DNA of 64,000 bases from an uncultured Candidatus Saccharibacteria bacterium (lineage in GTDB: Bacteria; Patescibacteriota; Doudnabacteria; UBA920), in the NCBI GenBank assembly GCA_964631145.1, contig CAZVXT010000001.1, forward strand, positions 319,361 through 383,360. The letters are read 5' to 3'. This document shows, piece after piece, positions 1 to 10,438 of the stretch. Position 1 is the first letter of the stretch. Every line of letters starts with the position of its first letter. A program made the position numbers and the translations under genes. A model generated the notes under the pieces. It made no database searches and was not told the origin of the DNA. It worked only from the letters and a program-made list of their open reading frames with translations.

Positions 1-729
1 AACCCATTTAGTTATAGAATTATTTTGTATTAGCTCGTTTATTTCATTATCTACATGATCTCCTCCTACAATGCAAACTGGATTGTAAGAATTAAACTCT
101 TTTATATAGTCATACATATTTGCAAGCATTAACAAGCCTCTTAATTGTTGTATTTCTTTAAATGTCTGTGAAAGAGTTGATAATAAATATTTATAATAAG
201 TAGGATTATTTTCATATTTTTCTATATGGAGAATGATTTTATTTGTTGTGATATCGAGTATTATTTCTTCTATACCAACGCTTATTACAGACTTATTTAT
301 TAATTGATATCTGAACATGGCATTTTGCCTTGGGTCATTGATGATAGATTTGGCTACTTGATTAATTTGGCTAGAATTTATAGTTTTATTGCCTTCTCTG
401 CCCACTAATTGTGAGACAAAATTGTAAGGGTTATATTCATAACCTTGAAATCCTTCCATTCCTATCAGTTCAGGATTTAAATCTTGTAAGATTTGGTAAA
501 TTTTGATTTGCGATTCTATAGCAGCATTTTTACGGATTTTTTCCATGTTTGGAGCTGCGTGCGTCATTCCTATTATATTTAATTTAATATTTGATAATTG
601 TGGCAAATTTTGATCTAATTTTGCCTGTAACTCAATTAATTTATCTTTTGTAATTCTTTGTGCATGAGAAAAACTATTTTTATTTATATAATTTACTAAT
701 GACTTAAACTTTTTATTTATGTTAACCAT
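1..729 (-). CDS. hypothetical protein; 3' part lies beyond the window start
   Basis: Reverse-strand frame is open from the ATG (complement of 727-729) to position 1 with no stop. GGAGG Shine-Dalgarno (complement of 734-738) sits just upstream. It is absent from the ORF track only because no in-window stop exists. Confidence 0.5.
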   Translation of the reverse strand, partial: MVNINKKFKSLVNYINKNSFSHAQRITKDKLIELQAKLDQNLPQLSNIKLNIIGMTHAAPNMEKIRKNAAIESQIKIYQILQDLNPELIGMEGFQGYEYNPYNFVSQLVGREGNKTINSSQINQVAKSIINDPRQNAMFRYQLINKSVISVGIEEIILDITTNKIILHIEKYENNPTYYKYLLSTLSQTFKEIQQLRGLLMLANMYDYIKEFNSYNPVCIVGGDHVDNEINELIQNNSITKWV

Positions 730-914
730 ATTTCCTCCTCAAATTTAATATTTATTCTGTCAAAAAAATGATGTTTTGTCAACTGGTAAAATTTAGATAA
801 AGATGATATAATTCAAACAAGTTATTAACCACGCAGTAGATTTTACTGCTACTGACGTGAAGAAAATGAAAGGATTTCTGCAAAGCTAAATATAGTTTTG
901 AGAAATATAATTAA

Positions 915-1190
915 ATGTTAAGTAAAAAAGAAAAAGACGCTATCATCAAGAAGTTTCAAACTCATAAAGATGATACTGGTTCTCCAGAAGTTCAAGTTGC
1001 TATTTTAACTAAAGAAATTGAACAAGTGAGCGAACATTTAAAAATGCATCGCAAAGATAACCATTCTCGTCGCGGACTTTTGAAGATGGTTGGTAATCGC
1101 CGTCGCCTACTTCGTTACCTTAAAGGTGAAGATGAAAAGCGTTACGAAAAAATTACTGACAAACTTAAGTTGAAGAGAGATTCTAACTAA
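915..1190 (+). CDS. rpsO: 30S ribosomal protein S15
   Basis: 91 aa. The motif [21 protein letters not shown] is diagnostic of S15. It lies upstream of pnp, the conserved rpsO-pnp arrangement. Confidence 0.95.
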   Translation: MLSKKEKDAIIKKFQTHKDDTGSPEVQVAILTKEIEQVSEHLKMHRKDNHSRRGLLKMVGNRRRLLRYLKGEDEKRYEKITDKLKLKRDSN

Positions 1191-1198
1191 AATATTAC

Positions 1199-1227
1199 TA
1201 CCTCATCTCTTGTAGGTGAGGTTTTGT
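1199..1227 (+). terminator. intrinsic terminator after rpsO
   Basis: Stem ACCTCA...TGAGGT followed by a T-run. Confidence 0.5.
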
Positions 1228-1260
1228 ATTGTGTGTTAGTTTTTAAGGTATAATTATATT

Positions 1261-1656
1261 ATGAGTGATCAAAAGTTAGACCCAGAACAATTTGAACAAG
1301 TTTGGATAAAGCTCTCTGAGCAGGTAATCCAAATAATGATGTCTGATAGTGTTATTAAAGAAATCAAAGATAAAGTTAGAAGCCAAGGACATATCGAACT
1401 TGAAGATCGTGAAAGTTTTATTAGTAAAGTTAATGAAATTAAAAACGATTTAATTGAAAAACAGTTTGGTAATGTAGAATCAGAACAGTATAAAAATTTT
1501 GCTCATGAGTGGCAAAATTGGCTAAAGGTGCGAGGTGTAAATCGCCCAAAGCCAGAAAATATGTTTGAAGAAAATATCGCTCATTTGTTATTTGGCAGTA
1601 CTCCAAATCCAGATTTGTTTTTGCGAGACTTTGATTTATATAAAGACGTAGAATAA
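1261..1656 (+). CDS. hypothetical protein
   Basis: 131-aa ORF between rpsO and pnp on the same strand. No recognisable motif. Confidence 0.5.
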   Translation: MSDQKLDPEQFEQVWIKLSEQVIQIMMSDSVIKEIKDKVRSQGHIELEDRESFISKVNEIKNDLIEKQFGNVESEQYKNFAHEWQNWLKVRGVNRPKPENMFEENIAHLLFGSTPNPDLFLRDFDLYKDVE

Positions 1657-1772
1657 TAATTAATATTTCTCTACTATGATTGGGATTAGGTTTCCAATAG
1701 CTTTGTATTAAATTTAAATTTGATAATAAGCTTTTGGTAATCTCCCTAAATTGTAGAGACAAGGAAAGATTT

Positions 1773-4103
1773 ATGGAGAAAAAAATAATTTCTCTTGATA
1801 TAGCTGGAAAAACTTTGCAGCTAGAAACAGGAAGACTTGCTGGACAAGCTAATGGTGCTGTCTTGGCTCGTCTTGGTGATACTGTAGTTTTGGCAACTGT
1901 GGTGATGAGTAAAACTGCTCGTGATGGTATAGACTTCTTCCCTCTTTTGGTTGATTATGAAGAACGTTTGTATGCAGCAGGAAAAATTAAAGGCAGTCGA
2001 TGGGTTAAGCGCGAAGGTCGTGCTACTGACGAAGCTATTTTAAGTGGTCGAGTAATTGATCGTAGCTTGCGCCCGATGTTTCCTGAAGGTATGCGCAATG
2101 ATGTTCAAGTGGTTGCAACTATTTTGTCTGTTGATGGAGAAAATGATCCAGATATGGTTGCTGTAAATGCAGCTAGTGCGGCTTTGCATATTTCTAATAT
2201 TCCTTTTGATGGTCCAATAGCTGGTGTTCGTGTTGGTAATATAGACGGGCAGTTAGTAATTAATCCAACTAATGAGCAACGCGAAAAATCTAATTTAGAT
2301 TTGATTGTTTGTGGTACTGCCGAGCATATTATTATGGTAGAAGCTGGTGCTGGGTTGGTTGCTGAAGAAGAGATTGTAAAAGCAATAGAATTTGCTCAAG
2401 GCTACTTAAAGCAATTATGTGGTTTGCAAGAAGATTTTCGTAAAGAGGTTGGTGTAGAAAAAACTACTCCAATCATTAAAGAGATTAATCCTCAAGTATT
2501 AGACCAGGTCAAAGCTTTTTTGACAGATGAAAAAATCGAAGCCGCTATTTATGTTAGTAGTAAAGAACAACGCGATCAAAATGTCAGAGATTTAACTGCC
2601 GAATGTTTGGATCTTGTAAATCAAGCATTGTCTTCGGAAGATTTGGATATTAATATTGCCAAAGAAGTTAATACTGCTATTGATAAGATTTTAAAGAAGT
2701 ACCAACAAAAGCAAATTTTAGAAAAAGACAGACGTGTTGATGGTCGAGCTATGAACCAAACCCGTCAAATTAGTTGTGAAGTTGGAGTTCTACCTCGTAC
2801 TCATGGCTCTGCCCTCTTTACACGCGGTGAAACGCAAGTTTTAACTGTTGTAACTTTAGGAAGCAAAGGCGATGAGCAATTGCTAGATGGTGTAGAAGAT
2901 CCAGTTGAAGGTCGCGGCAAGAGATATATTCACCATTATAATATGGCTGGCTTTAGTGTTGGAGAAGTTTCTCCAATTCGCGGACCCGGTCGTCGAGAAA
3001 TCGGACATGGCGCACTCGCGGAGCGTGCTGTTGAAGTAGTGTTGCCAGCACAAGAAGACTTCCCTTACACAATGCGTTTGGTTTCTGAAACTATGTCTTC
3101 AAATGGTTCTACATCTATGGCTTCTACATGTGGTTCTACTTTAGCTCTTATGGATGCCGGTGTTCCTATTAAAGAAGTTATTGGTGGAGTTGCTATGGGT
3201 CTTGTTATGGATGAATCTAATCCAAACAACTTTAAAGTCTTAACTGACATTGCTGGAATTGAAGATTTTAACGGACATATGGACTTTAAAGTTACTGGTA
3301 ATGAAAGCGGTGTTACTGCACTTCAGTTAGACATTAAAGTAAAAGGTTTAACTGCACAAATTTTGGCACAAGCTTTGTCTGAAGCAAAGCCAGCAAGACT
3401 TCATATTTTGAGTAAAATGAAAGAAGCTTTGTCCGAGCCGCGCCCAGACCTTTCCCCTTACGCACCTCGTATAACTAGCTTTATGATTAAGCCTGATCAG
3501 ATTCGTGAGGTTATCGGAAGTGGTGGTAAAACAATTAATGGAATTATTGCTCAGTGTCCGGGGGTTAAGATTGATATAGAAGACGATGGTTTGGTGATGG
3601 TTGCATCAACAGATGCAGAAAGTGCTACCCGCGCAGTTCAAATGATTAAAGATATTGTCCGTGAAGTTATGCCAGGGGAAATTTTTGAAGGTAAAGTAGT
3701 TCGTCTTATGGACTTCGGAGCTTTCGTAGAAATTTTGCCAGGTAAAGATGGAATGGTTCATGTTTCTCAGCTTGCAAATTACAGAGTTGGTAAACCGGAA
3801 GATGTTGTTAAAGTAGGAGATACTTTGAAGGTTCAGGTTTCTGAAATAGACGAGCAGGGTAGAATTAACTTAACTCATAAGCCTTTTGCTGCTCCGGCTC
3901 CGGAAGGTAGCCAGGATGACAGTAGAGGAGATCGTGGCTCCAGAGGTGGTTATGACAGACATGATAGAAAGCCAAGGTTTGGTGGTGGTAGAGGACGTGG
4001 CGGCGATCATCATGGCGGTAGTTCTAGGCATCATAATGACAACGAAAGATCACATGGACACGCTACTCCATCAAAACCTTCTCGCCCACCAGAAGAATTT
4101 TAG
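1773..4103 (+). CDS. pnp: polynucleotide phosphorylase (PNPase) with an unusual RGG/His-rich C-terminal tail
   Basis: The sequence is PNPase-like throughout, with two RNase PH-like halves and KH/S1 regions. I prefer the ATG at 1773 (MEKKIISLD, preceded by AAGGAAAG) to the TTG at 1734. The last 70 aa are low-complexity (GDRGSRGGYDRHDRKPRFGGGRGRGGDHHGG...). Confidence 0.92.
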   Translation: MEKKIISLDIAGKTLQLETGRLAGQANGAVLARLGDTVVLATVVMSKTARDGIDFFPLLVDYEERLYAAGKIKGSRWVKREGRATDEAILSGRVIDRSLRPMFPEGMRNDVQVVATILSVDGENDPDMVAVNAASAALHISNIPFDGPIAGVRVGNIDGQLVINPTNEQREKSNLDLIVCGTAEHIIMVEAGAGLVAEEEIVKAIEFAQGYLKQLCGLQEDFRKEVGVEKTTPIIKEINPQVLDQVKAFLTDEKIEAAIYVSSKEQRDQNVRDLTAECLDLVNQALSSEDLDINIAKEVNTAIDKILKKYQQKQILEKDRRVDGRAMNQTRQISCEVGVLPRTHGSALFTRGETQVLTVVTLGSKGDEQLLDGVEDPVEGRGKRYIHHYNMAGFSVGEVSPIRGPGRREIGHGALAERAVEVVLPAQEDFPYTMRLVSETMSSNGSTSMASTCGSTLALMDAGVPIKEVIGGVAMGLVMDESNPNNFKVLTDIAGIEDFNGHMDFKVTGNESGVTALQLDIKVKGLTAQILAQALSEAKPARLHILSKMKEALSEPRPDLSPYAPRITSFMIKPDQIREVIGSGGKTINGIIAQCPGVKIDIEDDGLVMVASTDAESATRAVQMIKDIVREVMPGEIFEGKVVRLMDFGAFVEILPGKDGMVHVSQLANYRVGKPEDVVKVGDTLKVQVSEIDEQGRINLTHKPFAAPAPEGSQDDSRGDRGSRGGYDRHDRKPRFGGGRGRGGDHHGGSSRHHNDNERSHGHATPSKPSRPPEEF

Positions 4104-4130
4104 TAATTTACTCTCCCCTTTTATGATCAA

Positions 4131-4160
4131 AAAACCAAGCAAGTATTGCTTGGTTTTTTG
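4131..4160 (+). terminator. intrinsic terminator after pnp
   Basis: 10-bp stem AACCAAGCAA/TTGCTTGGTT followed by T6. Confidence 0.65.
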
Positions 4161-4236
4161 TTGTGTGTTTTTTATATAAGGTTGAAAATTATATGATAAA
4201 TTGCTATACTGTTGTCATCAAATTAAGGAGGTTTGT

Positions 4237-4566
4237 ATGGAAACAACTAAGTTACAAAAAAGTGAACCGGTATTATCTGAAGAATTAATTAAGCCTATTG
4301 AACGGCGGATGGTGACTGCAACAGAACTTGCAGTGGTAAATGAAATTGTTGAAACAATTCAAAATGAATTGCGGTCTAAAAATTTAGACGTTACTAAAGA
4401 GTTTCATTTTTATATTTCAAAAACTCAAAGCAAAGTTTTAACCTATAATGGATTATTTTTGATTAAGCGAGCTTGTATGATTAATTTTTGGGAATGTAGT
4501 TATGAATCTGGAGATGGGTATGGTGGTGGTAAGCCTGGATTTTGGATAGGTCATAGTAACGTTTAA
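4237..4566 (+). CDS. hypothetical small protein
   Basis: ATG at 4237 preceded by AAGGAGG. The track ORF begins at an upstream TTG. Confidence 0.55.
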   Translation: METTKLQKSEPVLSEELIKPIERRMVTATELAVVNEIVETIQNELRSKNLDVTKEFHFYISKTQSKVLTYNGLFLIKRACMINFWECSYESGDGYGGGKPGFWIGHSNV

Positions 4567-4579
4567 ATAAGGAGTTGGT

Positions 4580-4882
4580 ATGGTAAAAGAATTTGTTCAA
4601 ATAAATTACACCAATTCTACCGTTGATTGTTCTGTATCTAAAGAAGAAGTTGATTTTATAAATTTAATCATTCATAAAATTAATAACTTGGTAGAATGCC
4701 AACATTTTATCAATGGTAGGACCAAAGCCTTTCGTTTAACTGCATTGGAAGATAAATTAATGACCAAAGTTGTTAATTGGAATATTAATAAAATATGTTT
4801 AGATAAAGGCATTAGTTATATGCATATTCCTTTTGATGATATTGATGGTGTCGAAGCTAAGGTTGTGATTAGAAAAATATAA
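4580..4882 (+). CDS. hypothetical small protein
   Basis: 100 aa. AAGGAG lies 7 nt upstream. Confidence 0.55.
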   Translation: MVKEFVQINYTNSTVDCSVSKEEVDFINLIIHKINNLVECQHFINGRTKAFRLTALEDKLMTKVVNWNINKICLDKGISYMHIPFDDIDGVEAKVVIRKI

Positions 4883-4886
4883 ATTT

Positions 4887-4914
4887 TAGACAAGTATTTA
4901 CTTGTCTTTTTTTG
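4887..4914 (+). terminator. intrinsic terminator
   Basis: Stem AGACAAGTA/TACTTGTCT followed by T7. Confidence 0.6.
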
Positions 4915-4972
4915 TGGTTGATTTGTCCTTAAGTTTATGATAATTTGATAAGAAATTATATTGGAGGAATAT

Positions 4973-5968
4973 ATGGATATAGAGTTATTACATTATTTAC
5001 AAAAATCTTTTAAATTGCCTGACTTACAAATTGTTAATGAAATTAATTCAGGTATGCAAACTAAAAATTGGATTGTTATAAGTAATGGGTTTAAATTTGT
5101 GCTCAAACAACATCGAACAAATAATATTAGTGAGATTGAAAAAGTTAATCAAGCGGTTAGGATGTTTGAGTGTAAGCTTCCTGTGGTCTCCGCATTAGTT
5201 ATTGAAGAGCAATCTGTGGTTGAGTTTGAAGACAATGCTTACTCGTTATATTTATATAAAGATGGTAAAATCTTTAATCGAGGAAGTGTTTCAATATGTG
5301 CTTTGGTAAATAGTGCTAAATTTTTAGCGCAGCTACATTTTTACGGACAGAAAAAATATATAGATATAGACTTACCTTGTGCTAATACAGATTTACGTAA
5401 ATATTTTTCTGAAGATCTTAACCATTTAAAGCAAATTGTTGAAACAAAACGAGCGCAAGCTTTATTAGACTCGCAAGCTTGGAGCTTAATAGAACTGCAA
5501 GAGCAATTAGCATTAAATTATCAAATTCCTAGTTATTACCATCTCCAGCCTAATCATTTCACTCATGGTGATTTTCATGATCAAAATTTGATATTCGATG
5601 ATTACGGCAATATTAATGCGGTAATTGATTTTGAAGAAGCAAAATATGGGTTTCGTTTAGTAGAAGTTGTCCGCAGTATGTTAATCATGTGCTTAGGAGG
5701 TGGCTATAATAAGCTAAATTTAATGCAAGCTGTAACTTATTTGCGGACTTATTATTCTTGTTATCAATTTAGTAGGGAAGAGCTAATAGAAGCCATTGAC
5801 TTTGTTTATACCAAGCGTTTATATTCTTTATGGGCGTTAAAACAAATATATTTGCACAATAACCGTAAAGTAGAGAAGTTGCTACCAGAAACTTATACAC
5901 ATTTGATAAGCTTGTCTCAAAACTTACCTCTTTATAAAAAGATTTTTATCAAAGAAGTTTTTGGGTAA
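4973..5968 (+). CDS. APH/choline-kinase-like phosphotransferase family protein
   Basis: The HGDFHDQNLIF (Brenner HGDxxxxN) and IDFEEAKYG motifs place it in the aminoglycoside-phosphotransferase / homoserine-kinase-II fold. The ATG at 4973 follows GGAGG. Confidence 0.7.
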   Translation: MDIELLHYLQKSFKLPDLQIVNEINSGMQTKNWIVISNGFKFVLKQHRTNNISEIEKVNQAVRMFECKLPVVSALVIEEQSVVEFEDNAYSLYLYKDGKIFNRGSVSICALVNSAKFLAQLHFYGQKKYIDIDLPCANTDLRKYFSEDLNHLKQIVETKRAQALLDSQAWSLIELQEQLALNYQIPSYYHLQPNHFTHGDFHDQNLIFDDYGNINAVIDFEEAKYGFRLVEVVRSMLIMCLGGGYNKLNLMQAVTYLRTYYSCYQFSREELIEAIDFVYTKRLYSLWALKQIYLHNNRKVEKLLPETYTHLISLSQNLPLYKKIFIKEVFG

Positions 5969-5977
5969 TTGTTTAAA

Positions 5978-6010
5978 TAAACGTAGGAAAACCTACGTTT
6001 TTTGTTTTTT
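5978..6010 (+). terminator. intrinsic terminator
   Basis: Stem AAACGTAGG/CCTACGTTT followed by T-run. Confidence 0.6.
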
Positions 6011-6036
6011 AGTGTGTTTTATTGACATTTTATCTA

Positions 6037-6065
6037 TTGACAAAAATGTTAAAATATGTTAAAAT
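6037..6065 (+). promoter_or_regulatory. sigma70-like promoter (TTGACA-17-TAAAAT)
   Basis: TTGACA at 6037-6042, 17-nt spacer, TAAAAT at 6060-6065. A second TTGACA sits at 6022-6027. Confidence 0.55.
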
Positions 6066-6071
6066 ATTGAT

Positions 6072-6436
6072 GTTCAAGATTAATTAGCTTTAATCTTATT
6101 GAACACTAAAAAATAAAACTAAATTTAGAGGAGAGACATAAATGTCAAATTTCAGAGCCAGAAAATGGGCCCGTATGTCGGGTATAGCAAAAACTTTAAT
6201 CAACAACCCAGAAATCTTTTTCGGGCAAACAACAACCACCCCGCTTTTTGAAACCAAAGAACCTGTTCTTTTGGGTTCCAAAATCAGTTTAACGCAAACA
6301 TTTCCCATTTCGGTTGAAAATAAAAAACCCGAAGGTCGCGTCATTAAAGTTTCTGCCGAACAAATGGCGGCGGTTAAAAACCGCCAAACCGGCGGCTCTC
6401 GAAGTCGCTACAAAAAATTCTGACGAAAGTCAGCTA
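6072..6436 (+). other. candidate structured leader or ncRNA; alternatively the transcript of a 93-aa ORF at 6142..6423
   Basis: It lies between a strong promoter and an intrinsic terminator. G+C and GC-ending codons are well above the flanks. ORFs are open on both strands (6142..6423 + and 6096..6344 -), as is typical of GC-rich structured RNA. AGAGGAG lies upstream of the ATG at 6142. I could not match RNase P, tmRNA, SRP or 6S signatures by eye. Confidence 0.4.
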
Positions 6437-6468
6437 CAACGCTTGAGATAATCTTGCGTTGTTTTTTT
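6437..6468 (+). terminator. intrinsic terminator 28 nt upstream of the tgt ATG (possible attenuator)
   Basis: CAACGC-13 nt-GCGTTG followed by T7. Confidence 0.6.
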
Positions 6469-6486
6469 ATGCAAAAAATTTTATAA

Positions 6487-7659
<1,173 letters not shown>

Positions 7660-7715
7660 ACTTTATTCGGCTTTTATTTATGGGTGTTAAAATAGTAGTA
7701 AATAATGATTAAAAT

Positions 7716-8006
7716 ATGAATTTACAAAACGAATTTTCTAAAATTCATCAACGTTTTGATGAGTTGGATCAAAAATTTATTACAAAAAAAGATGCTCAAG
7801 CATTTGCTACTAAAGAAGACTTAAAGCACTTTGCAACAAAGAGCGATGTTGAAAAGTTTGCGACTAAAGAAGATCTTGATAATCAGACTCGGGAATTAAA
7901 AGATTATGCTGATGAGCAAACAGAGCATTTGGTGGCTGTAATTTCTGCAACTATTGCTACGCCTTTGCAAAAACATTTTGACGAACATCATTTATATTCT
8001 AAATAA
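7716..8006 (+). CDS. hypothetical small protein with three FATK(E/S)D repeats
   Basis: 96 aa containing FATKEDLKHFATKSDVEKFATKEDL. Confidence 0.5.
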   Translation: MNLQNEFSKIHQRFDELDQKFITKKDAQAFATKEDLKHFATKSDVEKFATKEDLDNQTRELKDYADEQTEHLVAVISATIATPLQKHFDEHHLYSK

Positions 8007-8020
8007 ATTTGGACATAAAA

Positions 8021-8049
8021 AAACGCCTAAAATTTAGGCGTTATTTTTC
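8021..8049. terminator. bidirectional terminator
   Basis: Palindrome AACGCCTAAA-A-TTTAGGCGTT flanked by an A-run and a T-run, between convergent genes. Confidence 0.6.
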
Positions 8050-8923
8050 ATTTACAAGTTTTCCAAAAATCAAACAATTGTGGGGTCAGATAAATTTTCA
8101 TATTATCTGGTAAATCTTGAAAATTAGAAAAATTATTTTCTATTAATTTTGCTATTTGTTGATTGTGAAAATTTCCACCTTTAATAGCCTTGAAGTTGTC
8201 ATCATAAAAATAGCAATAAACTATAGGGCTATTTTGACTAACCATAATGGTTTTGCCAAAACTTGGGAAGTAAGTATGGATCGCTAACATGGGATTTCCA
8301 AATTCGCTAGTTAGCTCAAATGATATAAGTGGTAGAGACTGGTAATTTGAACTTACTACCGAATTTCCATTTTTACTATTTGGATCAATAAACAACTTAC
8401 CTTGATTAGTTTTTCCGATAGGAGAATAGCCATAAGTTTCTAGTTCCCAAATTCCTTTAAAGGTATTATATTCTGAAGATACTTCTCGAAGATTTAAATT
8501 GAATAGAGTAGAAAAGTTTTTTTCAAAATTTGCCAATACATTTTCATTGCACGCTCCGATGGTGATTAGGCATTGATAGACCTGCGGATTATTTTTTGCT
8601 TCTAATAATAAAGCATTTTGATAATAAGGCTCTATTATTAAACCTTCTTGCTGTATTGTTTTTGATAACTGTTTTACTTTATCTTTTTCTTTTACAAAAT
8701 CAATATTGCTGCCAAAAAATCTTAAAATAAAACTTTTTGCCGACCCTTTTGGCAGAGGTGTTACTTCGTTTTTAAAGACTGAAGTTATTCCTAGATTTTG
8801 GGATTTGGTATAGTAAATCCAACGCTTTCCAGAATTGCTGAGAAAAACATTTTGTCCTGCTATATTAGAAGTTGTAGTTAAGAACGCAAAAATCAACAAT
8901 ATAGTTAAATAGAAAATTTTCAT
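8048..8923 (-). CDS. secreted hypothetical protein with an N-terminal signal peptide
   Basis: Start at the MKIFYLTILLIFAFL ATG (complement of 8921-8923), preceded by GGAGG. The hydrophobic N-terminus is signal-like. Confidence 0.6.
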   Translation of the reverse strand: MKIFYLTILLIFAFLTTTSNIAGQNVFLSNSGKRWIYYTKSQNLGITSVFKNEVTPLPKGSAKSFILRFFGSNIDFVKEKDKVKQLSKTIQQEGLIIEPYYQNALLLEAKNNPQVYQCLITIGACNENVLANFEKNFSTLFNLNLREVSSEYNTFKGIWELETYGYSPIGKTNQGKLFIDPNSKNGNSVVSSNYQSLPLISFELTSEFGNPMLAIHTYFPSFGKTIMVSQNSPIVYCYFYDDNFKAIKGGNFHNQQIAKLIENNFSNFQDLPDNMKIYLTPQLFDFWKTCK

Positions 8924-9022
8924 TTTATCCTCCATGATTTTTAATTTGAAGTATAACAATACTAATTTTTGGTGGTTTTGTCAATTTTTGCGTAAAATAT
9001 TTGCAATTGTTATAATTTTATT

Positions 9023-10405
9023 ATGAATACAAATGATTTAATGGACAAAATAGTTAGTTTGGCTAAGCGCCGCGGTTTTGTATATCCTGGTAGCGAAATT
9101 TACGGTGGTCTTTCTAACTCTTGGGATTATGGTCCACTTGGAACCGAATTAAAAAATAATATTAAGCAGTTATGGTGGAAGCGTTTTGTGCAAGAGCGTC
9201 CAGACATGGTTGGGATTGATGCGGCTTTGGTAATGAATCCAAAAGTTTGGGAGGCATCTGGTCATGTTGCAACTTTTAGCGATCCGCTGATTGAAGATGA
9301 AAAGACCCACGAAAGATATCGTTTAGATCATTTGTTAGAATCAGCGGGGGTTAATGTTACTGGAATGGACCTAGAGGCAATGTCTGCAAAAGTAAAAGAG
9401 CTAAATTTAAAAAGTCCAAAAGGTAATAATCTTATGGAGCCAAAAAAATTTAACTTAATGTTAAAAACTTTTTTGGGTCCTGCTGAAGAGCAAGCAAATG
9501 TTGCCTACTTTCGTCCAGAAACAGCGCAGGCTATGTTCGTACAATTTAAAAATGTCCAGACAACAAGTCGCAAGCAAGTCCCTTTTGGTATAGCACAAAT
9601 TGGAAAAGCATTTCGTAACGAAATTACTCCTGGTAATTTTGTATTTAGGACTCGCGAATTTGAACAAATGGAAATTGAATATTTTATTCCAAAGCCAGAT
9701 ACTGACAAAGATTGGAATAACTATTTTGAAGATTGGCATAAAGCTATGATATCTTGGATGCAAAATGATTTGCAGTTGGATATGAGTCACGTGCACGAAT
9801 TGGAAGTACCAGCAGAGGACCGTGCCCATTATAGCAAGCGCACTGTAGACTTTGAATATGAATTTCCTTTTGGAATTAAAGAACTTTACGGCTTAGCGTA
9901 CCGTGGTGATTTTGATTTGAAAAATCATCAAGAAGCTAGTGGGGAAGATTTGCAATATTTAGATCCTCAATCAAATGAAAAATATTTACCTCATGTAATA
10001 GAGCCAACTTGGGGAGTTGATCGCAGTTTTTTGGCAGTGCTGTGCGAGCATTATCGTGAAGAAGGAGATGCGGACAGTAAGCGTATCTGGTTAAAACTTC
10101 CTCCAAAACTAGCTCCTTATAAAGCGGCTGTATTCCCTTTGTTAAAAAATAAACCAGAATTAGTAGCAAAAGCTCAAGAGATTTTTAAAGATTTGTCTGC
10201 AGACTTTATGATTGCTTGGGATGATCGCGGCAATGTTGGGAAGAGATATTATAGTCAAGACGAAATTGGAACCCCTTATGGCATTACTGTAGACTTTCAG
10301 ACTTTAGAAGATGGTACCGTTACTATTCGCGATCGCGATACTATGCAGCAAGAACGCATTGCTATAACAGAATTAAAAAACTTTTTAACACAAAAGATTA
10401 AATAA
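9023..10405 (+). CDS. glyQS: glycyl-tRNA synthetase, dimeric class II type
   Basis: N-terminal RGFVYPGSEIYGGLSNSWDYGPLG is characteristic. Full length is 460 aa. Confidence 0.92.
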   Translation: MNTNDLMDKIVSLAKRRGFVYPGSEIYGGLSNSWDYGPLGTELKNNIKQLWWKRFVQERPDMVGIDAALVMNPKVWEASGHVATFSDPLIEDEKTHERYRLDHLLESAGVNVTGMDLEAMSAKVKELNLKSPKGNNLMEPKKFNLMLKTFLGPAEEQANVAYFRPETAQAMFVQFKNVQTTSRKQVPFGIAQIGKAFRNEITPGNFVFRTREFEQMEIEYFIPKPDTDKDWNNYFEDWHKAMISWMQNDLQLDMSHVHELEVPAEDRAHYSKRTVDFEYEFPFGIKELYGLAYRGDFDLKNHQEASGEDLQYLDPQSNEKYLPHVIEPTWGVDRSFLAVLCEHYREEGDADSKRIWLKLPPKLAPYKAAVFPLLKNKPELVAKAQEIFKDLSADFMIAWDDRGNVGKRYYSQDEIGTPYGITVDFQTLEDGTVTIRDRDTMQQERIAITELKNFLTQKIK

Positions 10406-10412
10406 TTTTAAG

Positions 10413-10437
10413 GTGCTATTTAAGCACCTTATTTTGT
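10413..10437 (+). terminator. intrinsic terminator
   Basis: Stem AAGGTGCT/AGCACCTT followed by a T-rich tract. Confidence 0.5.
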
Positions 10438-10438
10438 C

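Noticed and set aside
1439-1762. Minus-strand ORF antisense to the 1261..1656 gene and the pnp upstream region
   Set aside because: It has no ribosome-binding site and overlaps better-supported plus-strand genes. It is typical AT-rich antisense noise.
3886-4179. Plus-strand ORF in an alternative frame over the pnp C-terminus and terminator
   Set aside because: It overlaps the pnp tail and runs through the intrinsic terminator. It is a GC-rich frame artefact.
6096-6344. Minus-strand 82-aa ORF overlapping the GC-rich leader region
   Set aside because: It lies antisense to a promoter-driven transcript and has no Shine-Dalgarno. Its openness is explained by local GC richness, so it is not reported as a CDS.
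6142-6423. Calling the 93-aa ORF a confident protein-coding gene
   Set aside because: A Shine-Dalgarno and ATG are present, but the GC-ending codon bias contrasts with every other gene here and the opposite strand is equally open. It is kept only as an alternative within the candidate leader or ncRNA feature.
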